Assembly (NCBI GenBank): GCA_964016885.1
Contig: OZ024741.1
Location: 127,968,001 to 128,032,000 of the forward strand
Reading direction: 5' to 3'
Source: Eledone cirrhosa
Lineage: Eukaryota
DNA: 64,000 bases
The translations under genes and the position numbers were made by a program. This document shows positions 27,330-44,869 of this stretch, piece by piece. Under the pieces are notes generated by a model. That model saw only the letters and a program-made list of their open reading frames with translations, had not been told where the DNA came from and ran no database searches. The number at the start of each line of letters is the position of its first letter. Positions within the stretch are counted from its first letter, which is position 1.

Positions 27330-28990
27330 ACACACCACTATCACACCCAATATCACCACTTCCACCATCACCACCATCAACACACCGATACTAGCTCTAC
27401 CACCACCACTACCACCACCACCACCACCACCACCACCACTATCATCACCACTACCATCATCACCACCACCACTACCACCACTACTATCTCTACCACTATC
27501 ATCACCAAACCACCACTACCCCTATCACCACCACCACCACCACCACTACCACCAATACCAATACCACCACCACTATCGTCACACCTACCACCATCACCAC
27601 CACCACCACCACCACCACAACCTCCTCTCCCACCAACAACGGCAATAACAACAACATACACTTCTCCATCACACACAAACTAATTTTCTACACACGCGCT
27701 CATTGTCGAACACACACACACACACATGTACATACACGCCCACTGTGAAATCGTCTCTCTGCCTCTCTCACACACACAAACACATACTCTAACATATTCG
27801 ACACACTCACTGACCTAAACATTAGAAAGGTTTCTCTTTGCCAACAGTGTCATTGCAAAAGAAGATAAGCCTCCGTTACCTTCCACCATCTTTGCTGTCA
27901 CCACCTCTACCGCCTCCGACACCACCACCACGGCTCCCCATCTCCACTGCCATCACATATACCACAGCAGCTCCCTACTCCCCACATCACCTCTACCGTC
28001 ACCACCACCAGTATCACTGCAGTCGTACCCCTTCTCCAACACCAGCACCACAACAACCAGCACCACGACAGCTCTCCACCACCGTCGCGGTCATCCCACC
28101 TACCACCATCAACACCACCAACACCAGCATCACCCCAATCACCACCACACCAGCACCACGCAGCTCTCCACCACCGTCGCGGTCATCCCACCTACCACCA
28201 CCAACACCACCATCACCACAATCACCACCACACCACCACCACGACGACCGCGGTAGCTCTCAACCACCGTCGCGGTCATCCCACCACCACCACCACCACC
28301 AGCACCACCATACCACCACCACAATCGCCCCCCACCACCACCACCACCAGCACCACCATCATTGTCATCCCACCTTGGGGCGTCATCAGCAGCACCTGCA
28401 TGCCACCAGCACCACCGCCACCACCACCACCATACCACCACCTCACCAAAACCACCATACCACCACCACCACACCACCATCATCTCACCAAAACCACCAT
28501 ACCACCACCACCACTACACCACCACCATCTCACCAAAACCACCATAACACCACCACCACCACCATCACCACCATCATTGTCATCCCACCTACCCCGTCAT
28601 CAGCAGCACCTCCATACCACCACCACCACCATACCACCACCTCACCAAAACCACCATACCACCACCACCACCATCTCACCAAAACCACCATACTACCACC
28701 ACCAGCACCACCATCATTGTCATCCCACCTACCCTTGTCATCAGCAGCACCTGCATGCCACCACCACCACCGCCACCACCACCACCATACCACCACCTCA
28801 CCAAAACCACCATACCACCACCACCACCATCATCTCACCAAAACCACCATACCACCACCACCACACCACCACCATCTCACCAAAACCACCATAACACCAC
28901 CACCACCACCACCACCACCATCACCACTATCATTGTCATCCCACCTACCACCGCCACCAACATCACCTCCATACCAACACCATCATCGCA
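27330..28990. repeat. CCA-rich low-complexity region with duplicated blocks
   Basis: Recurring ctcaccaaaaccaccataccacc and cattgtcatcccacc blocks. Confidence 0.85.
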
Positions 28991-29149
28991 GTCCCCCCCC
29001 CCCCACCGACTCCCACAACGTCCGTCCTTTGTCCACCTCCAATGATATAAAGAGTGGACGAAGAAGGCAGCAGATGAAAGATGGCGCGTGAACGTCGTTT
29101 ATTCGATAACGGCGAAATCTTGCAGTCGCTTTATTTGATAATGGTGTAG

Positions 29150-31690
<2,541 letters not shown>

Positions 31691-31694
31691 TGTC

Positions 31695-32465
31695 TAGGAC
31701 TTTCCGCCCGGGACCTATGGACAACTTCCAGAGGTCCCTGGTCTGGCAGGCATTACAACGAGGAGCTCTACCGGTTCGTGACAAGATCTACAGGCACGGA
31801 CGCCTCGGCAGGGATCCTTCCAAGAGGACGTGTCCAAGATGCGCGCCTGACATTGAAACCGTTCTGCACGCAATTGTACGTTGCCCGGGCGTAACCGACC
31901 TGTGGAACTACGCGGAACAACTGCTGCCGCGTATGGGACAAATCCAGTTGACTGCCGAGTCCATAGTAAGGATCAAACCGCCAACCTCTTGGCGGTTTTC
32001 CTCTGTACAGTGGCTATGGGGAAAGAGGTTATATGGTGGACGAGGTTGAGAGGACTGAGGACAGATGCCTTTCTCTCCGGACAACAATTGATTCCCTTCT
32101 TTAAGTATCACTTTAGAAGAAGAATCAGAGTGGAGAGAGAGGCACTGCACCCCAGTAAATTTACTGAAAGGTGGGTGAGTGAAGCGAAAATGGCCCGAGT
32201 GATTGGGCCTTCTCTGTTTCTAAGCCTGTAGGTTAAAGAAGAGAGCAAAAGGAAGAAAGGAGCACTTGCACAACACTTCCTGGAGTTGAGGGTTGTTCTA
32301 TCGACTGGGGTATTAAACAACCCATTTGTGGAGCTTCCCCCCTATTGAGGTTTTCGATTGTTGTAATTGTTTGTTTTTATATTTTTTACACGACTGTATG
32401 TAACATCCCCGGCATGTCTTTGTATTGTCCCCTTTTCTTGTGCGCCCTTGTGGCAAATAAAGAAA
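31695..32465 (+). mobile_element. Tx1/L1-type LINE, 3' fragment (zinc-knuckle region + 3'UTR)
   Basis: RTFRPGPMDNFQRSL..GALPVRDK..CPRC..ETVLHAIVRC; ends gcaaataaagaaa followed by (tcta/tgtc)n. Confidence 0.9.
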
Positions 32466-33164
32466 TCTATCTATCTGTCTGTCTATCTGTCTGTCTATAA
32501 TTCTTCATTAAACTGACAAATCTCGTTCTTGCTTAATCGTAGGTTTATCACAGGTAATTTACCCGCGGAAGGGAATTTCTACCTCTACAGGTACACTAGA
32601 AAGAAGCAGGTGTGTAGATAGGGTAGTTGGCATGGACCTACAATGTTAGGAGGCCTAAGGTCCCTCAAGCTTTAGGTCTTTTATTCTATTTTGTTATTTG
32701 TATACTTATAGCTCATATATATTGACTGTGAATTGGCGGAGTCGTTAGAACGTTGGATAGAATCCTTTTGGTATTCATTTTGGTTCTCTGCTCTCTGGAT
32801 TCAAACCCTGCTGATGTCAATTTTACTTTTCATCCATTCAAAGTCGACAAATAAGTACCAGTCTTCCAGTCTTGTACTGGGATCGATTCTGCCTCTATAT
32901 CTATTTTTCATTTCCTTTCTCTCTTATTTTCTATCCTTCACTGGAAGAAATCTGCTGTATTCAGGCCTGGTAAGGGATTGAGCCCCGCCAGATGAGAGAA
33001 TGCTCTAAGAAACGCTGTATATCATTATGGTGACCCTGCGACTCACTCAGAAGTTACAGGTCCATACCAGCTCAGATATACAAGTATATAGCCATCAACC
33101 ATGAATGAAATATATATATTTAGCACTGATTATAAAAATACTTAATGATTAGTTAGAAATAGTG

Positions 33165-33390
33165 CCTACATCTCACATCTGGCCTGGGTCTATCGCCATG
33201 TTTGAGGGATTATATTTCACATTTAATCTGGATCTATTACCATATTTGGGGGCTTATATTTCACATCTGGTTTGTGTCTATTACCACATTTGGGGGCTTG
33301 CATTTCACATCTGGTCTGTGTCGATTACCATATTTGAGGATATACATTTCACATCTGGCCTGAATATATTACTACATCTAGCCGGGGCTC
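33165..33390. repeat. Degenerate ~45-bp minisatellite x5
   Basis: Recurring attaccatatttggggg..catttcacatctgg. Confidence 0.7.
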
Positions 33391-33550
33391 TTTAGCAATG
33401 TTGCATCGGCACGACTACAGAATGTCATATATTATTTACTGGTTACACTGTATATATGGACCTGCAACTCCTGATAGTGTCGTAAAGGAGCTTTTTAAAC
33501 TGTGCGAAGTCAATCTCCCCAGGCCTGAACAGGGCCGACTTTTGTCAGAG

Positions 33551-33670
<120 letters not shown>

Positions 33671-33884
33671 TATATAGAAAGAATTGACCCATGTACTCAA
33701 CTGGTACAAAGTCGTAACAAATACCCGCAGAGCATTCTACATGACATTCTAACGTCTCTGCCAGTTTACCGTCTACACTGTGATATCTACTGACAGGAAA
33801 GTAGGCTGAGATGTCGTCAGATAAGTACCTAAGGAACAGACATAATATACTGCTGGTCGATCTCTTGAAACCGTGTTTGCTAAG

Positions 33885-33970
33885 TACACAGATCGGCTGA
33901 AAAGTTCATAGGCTGACCAAGACACTCTCATGGAATGACCAAATGAGGTCTATTTTTCAATATAGTCCCT
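33885..33970 (+). mobile_element. Possible mariner-like terminal remnant
   Basis: tacacagatcggctgaaaagttcataggctgac..tatttttcaatatagtccct resembles mariner ends; no partner TIR seen. Confidence 0.35.
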
Positions 33971-34041
33971 GAAAAGAAACAATGCAGTTATTAATTAGAA
34001 GAGTTGAAATTAATGCATGCAAGATTTCACAGCTCTAGCAT

Positions 34042-36138
34042 TACACTCCACACCACTGTCTCTCACTCCAGTAAATGTCTATACTCAACCATACACTCCA
34101 CACCACTGTCTCTCACTCCAGTAAATGTCTATACTCAACCCTACACTCCACACCACTGTCTCTCACTCCAGTAAATGTCTATACTCAACCCTACACTCCA
34201 CACCACTGTCTCTCACTCCAGTAAATGTCTATACTCAACCCTACACTCCACACCACTGTCTCTCACTCTAGTAAATGTCTATACTCAACCCTACACTCCA
34301 CACCACTGTCTCTCACTCCAGTAAATGTATATACTCAACCCTACACTCCACACCACTGTCTCTCACTCCAGTAAATGTATATACTCAACCCTACACTCCA
34401 CACGACTCTCTCACTCTAGTAAATGTCTATACTCAACCCTACACTCCACACCACTGTCTCTCACTCCAGTAAATGTCTATACTCAACCCTACACTCCACA
34501 CTACTGTCTCTCACTCCAGTAAATGTATATACTCAACCCTACACTCCACACCACTGTCTCTCACTCCAGTAAATGTCTATACTCAACCCTACACTCCACA
34601 CCACTGTCTCTCACTCTAGTAAATGTCTATACTCAACCCTACACTCCACACTACTGTCTCTCACTCCAGGAAATGTCTATACTCAACCCTACACTCCACA
34701 CCACTGTCTCTCACTCCAGTAAATGTCTATACTCAACCCTACACTCCACACTACTGTCTCTCACTCCAGTAAATGTCTATACTCAACCCTACACTCCACA
34801 CTACTGTCTCTCACTCCAGTAAATGTCTATACTCAACCCTACACTCCACACTACTGTCTCTCACTCCAGTAAATGTCTATACTCAACCCTACACTCCACA
34901 CTACTGTCTCTCACTCTAGTAAATGTCTATACTCAACCCTACACTCCACACCACTGTCTCTCACTCCAGTAAATGTCTATATTCAACCCTACACTCCACA
35001 CCACTGTCTCTCACTCCAGTAAATGTCTATACTCAACCCTACACTCCACACTACTGTCTCTCACTCCAGTAAATGTCTATATTCAACCCTACACTCCACA
35101 CCACTGTCTCTCACTCCAGTAAATGTCTATACTCAACCCTACACTCCACACCACTGTCTCTCACTCCAGTAAATGTATATACTCAACCCTACACTCCACA
35201 CCACTGTCTCTCACTCTAGTAAATGTCTATATTCAACCCTACACTCCACACCACTGTCTTTCACTCTAGTAAATGTCTATACTCAACCCTACACTCCACA
35301 CCACTGTCTCTCACTCCAGTAAATGTATATACTCAACCATACACTCCACACCACTGTCTCTCACTCCAGTAAATGTCTATACTCAACCCTACACTTCACA
35401 CCACTGTCTCTCACTCTAGTAAATGTCTATACTCAACCCTACACTCCACACCACTGTCTCTCACTCCAGTAAATGTCTATACTCAACCCTACATTTCACA
35501 CCACTGTCTCTCACTCCAGTAAATGTCTATACTCAACCCTACACTCCACACCACTGTCTCTCACTCCAGTAAATGTCTATACTCAACCCTACACTCCACA
35601 CCACTGTCTCTCACTCTAGTAAATGTCTATATTCAACCCTACACTCCACACTACTGTCTCTCACTCTAGTAAATGTCTATACTCAACCCTACACTCCACA
35701 CCACTATCTCTCACTCCAGTAAATGTCTATACTCAGTCCTACTCTCTACACTACTGCCACCCACTTCAGTAAATGGCGATACTCAACTCTACACGCTACA
35801 CTATTGTTTCTCACTCAAGTAAATGTTTATACTCATTTATACACTCCACATTACTTTCACTCACTCCAGTAAATATCTATACTCAAACCTACACTCCACA
35901 CCACTGCCACCCACCCCAGTAAATACCTTTACTCAATCCTACACTCCACACCACTGCCACCCACCCCAGTAAATACCTTTACTCAATCCTACACTCCACA
36001 ACACTGCCACCCACCCCAGTAAATATTAATACTCAATCCTACACTCCACACCACTGCCACCCACCCCAGTAAATATCTATACTCAACTCTACACTCCACA
36101 CCACTGTCACTCACTCCAATAAATATCCATACTCAATC
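34042..36138. repeat. 60-bp satellite, about 35 units, decaying at the right edge
   Basis: ctacactccacaccactgtctctcactccagtaaatgtctatactcaacc-type unit with 60-bp periodicity; divergent from ~35730 onward. Confidence 0.95.
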
Positions 36139-36714
36139 ATGGCAGCAAGTTTTCCTTACTTCTTGTTTTGCTTAGAATGTTTCAGTAAAATGGAAAAAAA
36201 ATAACAACAAAAAAATCAAAAAACAAAAAACAAAAAGAAAACGGAAGTGAAGAGATTTCAGTTGTGATAATAACTTTCTCTAAACCGGAAGTATGTTGCA
36301 TTATATTTTTTCTGTTTTCCTATTAATATTATTATTATTATTTTATTGTTCTATGTTGCCGTCGAATCGTTTGTGCAGTCCATTGTTATGTAAATATAAT
36401 AAAAAGTTAGTAGAAAGGCTATGAGAGAGGGAAAGGCAGAGATAGAGAAGGAGAAAAGGGGAAAGAGGGGAAGAAAGTAAGATAGAGAAAGAGAGAAAGG
36501 GAAAGACAAAGCGAGAGAGAGAGAGAGAGGTTGGATGGATGAAAGATAAACAAGAATATAGTCAGACGACGAGGAAGACAGAGAGAAACTAGATAGATGC
36601 AGTGTAAGATGACACAAATAGTATTTTGAGTAATTTTAAGTTTGGTTTAGTTCTTTCGGTGATATGTTTACTTGTCTTCATGTATGTCTGTCCGAGCGCC
36701 CGTCCGTCCGTCCG

Positions 36715-36765
<51 letters not shown>

Positions 36766-39700
36766 GTAACACAGACCGTACATCTGGACCCGGAGGGTCG
36801 ACTGGTGGTACTAGACGTTGACGGTAGTGAAGGTGGAGCCTTCAGGCTGGTGGCCGCATATGCCCCATCCGGGACACCGCGGCTAGACTTTTTCAAACGT
36901 CTAGAGACTTTTCTGGGAACGTCCCGCTCCTTGCTTTTAGTGGGGGACTGGAATGGAATCCTAGATGCACGTTGGGACTATGTGGGAGCATGTCCAGATA
37001 AAGGGGAGTGTAACAGCCTCAAACAGTTAATCGACCGATTTGACCTGGCCGATAGATATCGACTAGATTTTCCGACTGTGCCACTGTGGACGTGGAGTAA
37101 TCGTAGCGGAACATCTAGATCGTACCTAGATAGGGTTCTAGTTAGAAATAAGGATAGGGACATGTTAAGCTGTCCACAAATGTTCATGGTTGCCTATTCA
37201 GATCACAAACTAGTGACCTGCATGGCCAACCTTGATAGAACCCATAGACAAGCAGCGGCTACTGGAAGCTGAACTTGTCGTTACCGACATGCAAAGCCTA
37301 CAGTAGACGGATTAGCACTTTACTTAAACAGCACTTGACAGGGGCCATTGTCAACAACAGATGGTGGTACTCTCTCAAGAGGGCAGTTAGATTAGACTCG
37401 TTAGTTTTAGTAAAGAAATAGCATTAGATAGAAATAGAACTGGTAGATAAAGTAGAAGAGGCAATTAGAAGTGGCAACGTAGCCAGCGTGCTAGCAACGA
37501 GAACGGCCTTGGACCAGTTCTTCGACGCAAAGCACGAGGGATGTGTTGTCAGAAGCAAAATACGTGCTCTGGGAAACGAGGGAGCCAAAGCTGTTAGCTG
37601 GGCCCGAGTAACGGAGGCAAAAAGTGGCAACAAGTCCACGATTCGGTCTATGAAGGACCAAAACGGACGCGTGATACGTGAGCCGAAGCAGGTGTGTGCA
37701 GCCTTTCAGCGGCACTTTGCTCAACTGTTCGAGCAGGGCGGCGCACCGGGAGGGGCTATGGATTTCGGTCCATACCTCGACGGCCTACCGCGACTCTTGG
37801 ACAGCGAGACAAAGTTCTGTGAAAAGCCGATTTCAGCCCCTGAGATAGGGGACGTGCTGAGCCAATGCGGCAAACGCAAATCTCCAGGTCTCGACGGTCT
37901 ACCCTACGAATTTTACGTAGCAATGCTGGACTTATTCTCCGGTCTCCTGGAAGCGGTCTATTGCAACTGGCAACAGAACGGGAGAATTCCCAGTTCTGTG
38001 ACCGGGGGCGTAGTCACACTAGTCAGGAAGGACGAGAATAAGGGGGATGACATAGGCAACTTCCGGCCCATAACTCTGCTAAACACAGAGTTACAGATTT
38101 TGGCCGAGGTGTTGGCAAAGAGGCTGGTGCTTGTCGTCGAGAACCTGGTGGGAGAAGCGCAGACATGCGCAATCCCGACCAGGTCCATACACGACAACCT
38201 CCACCTCATGCGATACATCATAGAGAGGGTAGGGTGTAAACCCGGCTTCGGTGGGTCCCTGATCAACTTGGATCAGTCTAAGGCTTTCGATAGAGCTGAC
38301 CATCATTACCTGGATGCGGTGCTCGAGGCGGCAGGCTTCGGACTCGTGTTCAGGGGCTGGATTGCTGCAATGCACAACAGCAACATCTGCTCAAGGGTCA
38401 AGGTGAACGGCTACCTGTCGGAGCCGTTCCATATCACGCGATCCATTCGACAGGGATGCCCTCTCTCCTCCCTTCTGTACGTACTGACTCTCGAGCCACT
38501 ACTGCGGAAGTTGGAACTATTGCAGGGCATCCCCCTGGAACCGTGACTGCGGAAAGCGGCGTCGGCCTACGCCGACGACGTGACAGTAATGGTGTCGAGC
38601 GCCTCGCAAATCGAGGAAGTCGGCACCTTACTGAAGGAATACGAAAGTTTCACAGGAGCGAAGCTGAACCGGGACAAGTCCATCGGTTTGCAACTCGGAT
38701 CGTGGAGAGGCAAACCGATGCCTTCCGATGGCGTCATCGGACGCTGGACGGAAGGACCGGTAAAGCTGCTCGGGGTCTGGTTTGGTCCGGACCTCCAGGT
38801 GGAGAAGAACTGGAACGAGGTGACGGCCAAGGTGTTTGCACTCACCTAGAAGTGGGCCGAGTGCAAACTATCCTTGAAAGGTCGAGCGGAGGTGGCGAAC
38901 ACTTTTATAGCGTCCGCCATCTACTACCGCTTGACCGTCGTGCCTTGTCCAGCCAAAACGCTCACCAAAATGGAGCGCGCGCTCTTCCAATTCCTTTGGA
39001 AGAGGCGGGCTCCTTTAGTCAGAAGATCCATCTGCTGCCAACACCCTTCCAACGGAGGGCTGGGGATTGCCGTGGCTGACGATGCGCAAACACGTGTTCA
39101 GGCTGCGGCATCTCTACGTATTCCCCACCGGACAACCGGTGTGGGCCCCGTTCGTGAGGCGAGCCTTCCTACGACTCGTCTCGCTGACCGAGCTGCAGTC
39201 CTGGGTCAAGCAAAGACCGAGGAAAATGGGCGACTGGCACATCGAATGTGCTCAGGCGCTCACAGCCCTCTGGCAGGCGGACCCGGCGATCAGTAGAGAC
39301 TCCACTTCGTCATTCTATAGAGGGTTGATCCGCAGCAAGTGCGACGACGCGCTCGGTGAAACTCTAGGCGTAGAGGAAGATGAACTGGCCAGTATGTTCG
39401 GTAGGACCTTCCGCCCGGGTCCGATGGACAACTTCCAAAAGTCCCTGGCCTGGCAGTGCTACCGAGGAGCTCTACCAGTTCGAGACAAGCTCTACAGACA
39501 TTGGCGCCCGGGCAGGGACCCTGCAAAAAAGATCTGTCCGAGGTGCGTGCGAGACGAAGAAACCGTCGCGCACGCATTCATACACTGCCCGGGCGTCACC
39601 GACCTGTGGGGCTATGTAGAACGACTATTGTCGCGGGTGGACCAATCCGGTTGACCACCGAGTCCATTTACATGATCAAACTGCCACCCTCCTTCAAAAA

Positions 39701-40177
39701 CGAAGGAGAGGCGGTTTTCCTTTGTGTGATAGTTATGGCGAAAGAGGTTGTATGGTGGACATGGTTGAAGGGGCTGAGGTCAGACACCTTTCTCTCCGGC
39801 CAACAACTGATTCTTTTTTACAAATACCACTTTGGAAGAAGAATCAGAGAGAGGTGCTGTACCCCAGCAAGTTTTATGAAAGGTGGGTGAAAGTGGCGAG
39901 AATGGCCCGAGTAAATGGGCCTTCTCTCTATATCAGCCTGTAGGTTGAGGAAAAGGAGGAGGAGAAGAAAGGAGTACAAACTCTTCGTACTCCTGGAGAT
40001 GAGGATGCACATTTTTTCGGGGGTATGTGTTACCCATATGAACTGTCTCTCCCTATTGGGGAAAATCGACTAATTTTTAAATTGCATTTGTGACAATATT
40101 TTACACGTTTTTATTGTATGAAAACTTCCCCCTTTGTATTTGTCCCCTTCTTTTGTGCCCTGTGGCTAATAAAGAAA
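36766..40177 (+). mobile_element. Tx1/L1-type LINE ORF2 pseudogene (APE endonuclease, RT, zinc knuckle), 5'-truncated
   Basis: GRLVVLD..AYAP..VGDWN..SYLDR..SDH (APE); KSPGLDG, NFRPITLLNT, LDQSKAFDR, RQGCPLS, AYADD (RT); CPRC..H..C; several stops and frameshifts; 3' aataaagaaa. Confidence 0.95.
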
Positions 40178-41805
40178 CATATCTATTTTTAATGAAATCC
40201 TTCTTCTGTCAGGTGATTAAAGAACGTTCCTTTGGCTGTGAATCTATGGATTAATGAAGAGTCCCCCAGGCGCCATACTAATGAAGGTTTTTTTTAGCTC
40301 GTCTCTATTAATAATTCCTTGACCGTCTGATTAATGAAGGTTCCCTCAGTCGTCTTGCCAGGGAAGTCCCTCCCTTCGAATGCTTAGTTAACGAAGTCCC
40401 CCCCCCCCCTGCTTGTCCAAATAAGGAAGGACACTACGTCGTGAGAAACAGCGCCATAAATTACGTTACATACTTCTAACATGGTTACAGCATGGCCGAA
40501 TAATTTAGGGGTTCACTTCGCAATCATTAATTAAGTCCCCAGTTTGATCCCACTGTGTGGCATCTTGAGTAAATTTCGTTTACCATAGCTCCGGATCAAC
40601 TTATGCTTTGCGAGTAGAATCAGCTGGACGGAATCTGTTTAGAAAGTTCGTCGGATAGATTTTACATGTAATTCAAAGGGTCAACCTTGTCTATCACTCT
40701 GCCAAGCTGAATCTCCCCGAGAATTACATCAGGGGAACGCGTGTCTGTGGAATGTTAAACCACATGCACGCTAATTTTATGAGCAATCATCGTTGAAGCC
40801 GACAGATGTCCATTTAAACAGAGTTTATAAGCTTTAATTTCAATACAGTTTCTAATCTTTAATTTTTGTTCTAACACATTCTACGTTCTGGGTTCAAATC
40901 TGACTAAGCTCGACATTGCCGTTCATCTTTCCGACATCGATAAAATAAAATACTTGTCAAATACTGGAGTCAATTTATTTCTCATCCTCCACTCTCTCCC
41001 TCCCCACTTTCTCTCTCTCCCCAAATCTCTATCACTGTCTCTTTATTTGAGTCGGCTATGTTGCGCTGTGAGAAGGAATGTTCGTGGGGGTTCGCTTACT
41101 GATTTCTTTATTCAGAAATGGGAAAGAGTCTAACATGGATTTAAATAACTGCTACTTCTCTCCATAGAATCATTGATATACTACACTAGCCTTTAAATAT
41201 CGGACCATTGTGTAATAGAGAACGGAACGGAAATCAATAAAAAAATAAATGAAGAATTTTTAACGGACGAGACAGATAACTCGATGGACAAAAGTTTCGT
41301 CTAAATATATTTAAGAGAAAGTTACAAAAAATATTCCTATATATAAAATTAAAAATCAAGTCATATGAGACACAACATTACAAATGAGAGGGGGCCAACC
41401 GTTACAATCAAACTAGCTACAGTAAAGACACTTAGAATTTAATATATTAATGAAATTATATTATTGATGAAGTTTTACGAAAGAGTGAAAATAAAATAAT
41501 CGGAAATTCTTTACAAATACTTAATATTTTAATTCTAAAAAATGTCGGACAAGATTAGAAAATATTTAATAAAAAAAATTAATGCATATTCGATATATTC
41601 TCCATAACATCGACATTTTTCGCCAATGAGGTGGAAAGGAAGCAGATATTAAAACGGTTTAAACCCGGAGGGAAATCAGGGTAGAGACAAAATTATATTA
41701 CTCTGAGGAAAACTTACACACACACACATGCATAAATATACATTCTCTTTAAAAGTATCCAGCGACTGGGAGGATATACTAGCGTGAATATATATATATA
41801 TATAC

Positions 41806-41999
<194 letters not shown>

Positions 42000-42010
42000 A
42001 TATATGCATA

Positions 42011-42063
<53 letters not shown>

Positions 42064-42072
42064 CATTATGTA

Positions 42073-42233
42073 TGGTGAATTGGCAGTATCGGTAGAGGGT
42101 TGGACACCATGCTTTACAGTCTGAGTTCAAATCCCGCCGAGGTTAACTTTGCCTTTCATCCTTACGGGGTCGATAAAATAAAGTACCAGTCATGTACTGG
42201 TTTATTTCTATCCTTGTGTCTAGGATAGAAACA
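42073..42233 (+). mobile_element. SINE family A, internally deleted
   Basis: ttggcagtatcggtagagg..gagttcaaatcccgccgaggttaactttgcctttcatcc. Confidence 0.85.
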
Positions 42234-42314
42234 ATTATATATATATATTCGAATGCATACATGTATATATACATATTTATGAAAATCTGATTATCTATCT
42301 ATCTATAATCTACG

Positions 42315-44858
42315 TGTGGAAATCGATCCACCATCCGGTCTTTGCAAGACGAGGATGGACGGGTAATCCGGGAGCCTAAGCAGATGTGCGAGGCCTTTCA
42401 AAGGCACTTTGCCCGATTATTCGGAGGAGGCGAGGGTCCGGGCGGGGACGTGGATTTCGGTCCATACCTCGACGGCCTGCCGCGTCTCTCGAGCGAAGAG
42501 GCAGAGTCCTGCGATGGACCAATCTCGGCTGATGAGATCGGGAATGCGCTGAGCCAATGCAGCAGACGCAAATCTCCAGGTCTCGATGGTATACCTTACG
42601 AACTTTATTTAGCAATGCCGGTCTTCTTCTCCGAACTCCTCGAAGCGGTCTACTGCAATTGGCAGCAGAACGGGAGAATTCCTTGTTCTGTAGCCAAGGG
42701 CGTAGTCTCGCTAGTGAGGAAGGACGAGAACAAGGGGGATAGTATAAATAATTTTCGGCCCATAACCCTGCTAAACACAGAGTTAAAGATGTTGGCCAAG
42801 GTGTTAGCAAAGAGGTTGGCGCTTGTCGTGGGTGGCCTGGTGGGAGATGCGCAGACATGTGCTATCCCATCCAGGTCCATTCACGATAACCTCCACCTCA
42901 TGCGATACATCATAGAGAGGGTTGGCAACAAACCCGGCTTCGGTGGGGCCCTGATCAACTTGGATCAGTCTAAGGCGTTCGATAGGGTCGACCATGGTTA
43001 CCTGGATGCGGTGCTAGCGGCGGCTGGGTTCGGTCCTGTTTTCAGAGGCTGGATCACTGCCTTACATAGCAACCACATCTGTTCTAGGATCAAGGTGAAC
43101 GGCTACCTTTCGAAGCCGTTCGAAATCACACGATCCATTCGACAGGGGTGCCCTCTCTCCTCCCTTCTGTACGTATTGACTCTCGAGCCTTTACTGAGGA
43201 AGTTGGAGTTGTTGCAGGGTATCCCCCTGGAACCAGGATTGAGCAAAGCGGTGTCGGCCTACGCCGATGACGTAACAGTAATGGTATCGACCGACTCGGA
43301 GATCGAGGCGATCGGTACCTTACTGGAGGATTACGAAAGGTTGTCAGGAGCGAAACTGAACCGGGAAAAATCCATCGGGCTGCAACTCGGAACGTGGAGA
43401 GGCAGACCGATGCCTCCCGACGGTGTCGTCGGACACTGGACGGAGGGCCCGGTGAAGTTGCTTGGGGTCTGGTTTGGACCGGACCTCCAGGTGGAAAAGA
43501 ACTGGGACGAGGTTACGAACAAGGTGTTTGCACTAACCCAGAAATGGGCCAAGTGTAAGCTGTCCCTAAAAGGTCGGGCGGAGGTGGCGAACATTTACAT
43601 AGCGTCTGTCACTTACTACCGCCTGACTGTCGTGCCTTGCCCTAAGGAAACACTCACCACCATGGAACGCATGCTCTTCCAATTTCTTTGGAAGAAGCGC
43701 CCTCCTATGGTGAGAAGATCCATCTGCTGCCAACAACCTTCGAAAGGAGGGATGGGGATGCCGAGGGATGATGATGCGTAGGCACGCATTAAGGCTACGG
43801 CACCTACAGGTATTCCTCACTGGTCAACCGGTGTGGCCTCCGTTCGTGAAACGAGCCTTTCCGAGACTCGTCTCGCTCACCGAGCTGCAGTCCTGGGTCA
43901 AGCAAAGATCCGGAAAACTGGGAGACTGGCACACTGAGTGTGCCCAGGCGCTCAGGGCTCTCTGGCAAGCGGACCCGGCCATCGGTGGAGAATCCACCTC
44001 ATCATTCTATAGAGGGCTGGTGGCTAGCAGGGGCGATGACACCCTTGGAGAGTCGCTGGACATGGAAGAGGACGAGCTGGCCAGCCTGTTCGGTAGGACT
44101 TTCGGCCCGGGACCAATGGACAACTTCCAGAAGTCACTAGCCTGGCAGTGTTACCGGGGGGCTCTACCCGTTCGAGAGAGGCTCTACAGACACGGATGCC
44201 TGGGCAGGGATCCCTCGAAAAAGATTTCCCCTAGATGTGTGCGCAACGAAGAAACCGTTGCGCACGCATTGGTGCAATGTCCGGGCGTGGCTGATCTGTG
44301 GGGCTACGCCGAACGACTGCTGTCGCGGGTGGCGCCGATTCAATTGACCGCCGAGTCCGTGATGACAATCAAGCCCCCTCCTCTCTTCACAAAGGAAGCA
44401 AAGGCGGTTTTTCTGTGCGTAATAGCCATGTTGAAAGAGGTTGTTTGGTGGACACGATTGAAAGGTCTGAGGTCAGGCAACTTCCTCTCTGGCCATAGTC
44501 TGGTCTACTTCTTCCGATATCAGTTCGGAAGAAGGATAAGAATGGAGAGAGAGGTGCTTGGCCACAGGCAGTTTTATGAAAGGTGGGTGATAGTGGCGAG
44601 AATGGCTCGTGTAAATGGGCCTTCGCTGTATACCATCCTGTAGGTAAAGAAGTGAAGGAGAGGGGAGCACCTTCTCCATGTGCTCCCCTGGCAAAGGATT
44701 GCACACTTTTTCGGGTGTGTGTGCAACCCCCATCACGTCCCCTCCCTTTTGAGGTCGTTTTCGATTATTTTCATTTTATAGCCTTTTTACTCGGTTTTAT
44801 GTAAACTCCCCCTTTGTATTTGTCCCTTCTTTTTATGCCTTTATGGTAAATAAAGAAA
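42315..44858 (+). mobile_element. Tx1/L1-type LINE (second subfamily), 5'-truncated, RT + C-terminus with one frameshift
   Basis: ORFs 42342-43781 (SPGLDG, NFRPITLLNT, DQSKAFDRV, QGCPLS, YADD) and 43768-44643; 3' aataaagaaa. Confidence 0.95.
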
Positions 44859-44869
44859 TATACCTATAC

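Noticed and set aside
34042-36138. CRISPR-like regular array (also the 72- and 78-bp arrays)
   Set aside because: Units are contiguous with no unique spacers, there are no cas genes, and the context is eukaryotic.
36238-36295. Two ETS-like CGGAAGT motifs as a promoter
   Set aside because: Short motifs with no CpG island, exon or other supporting feature.
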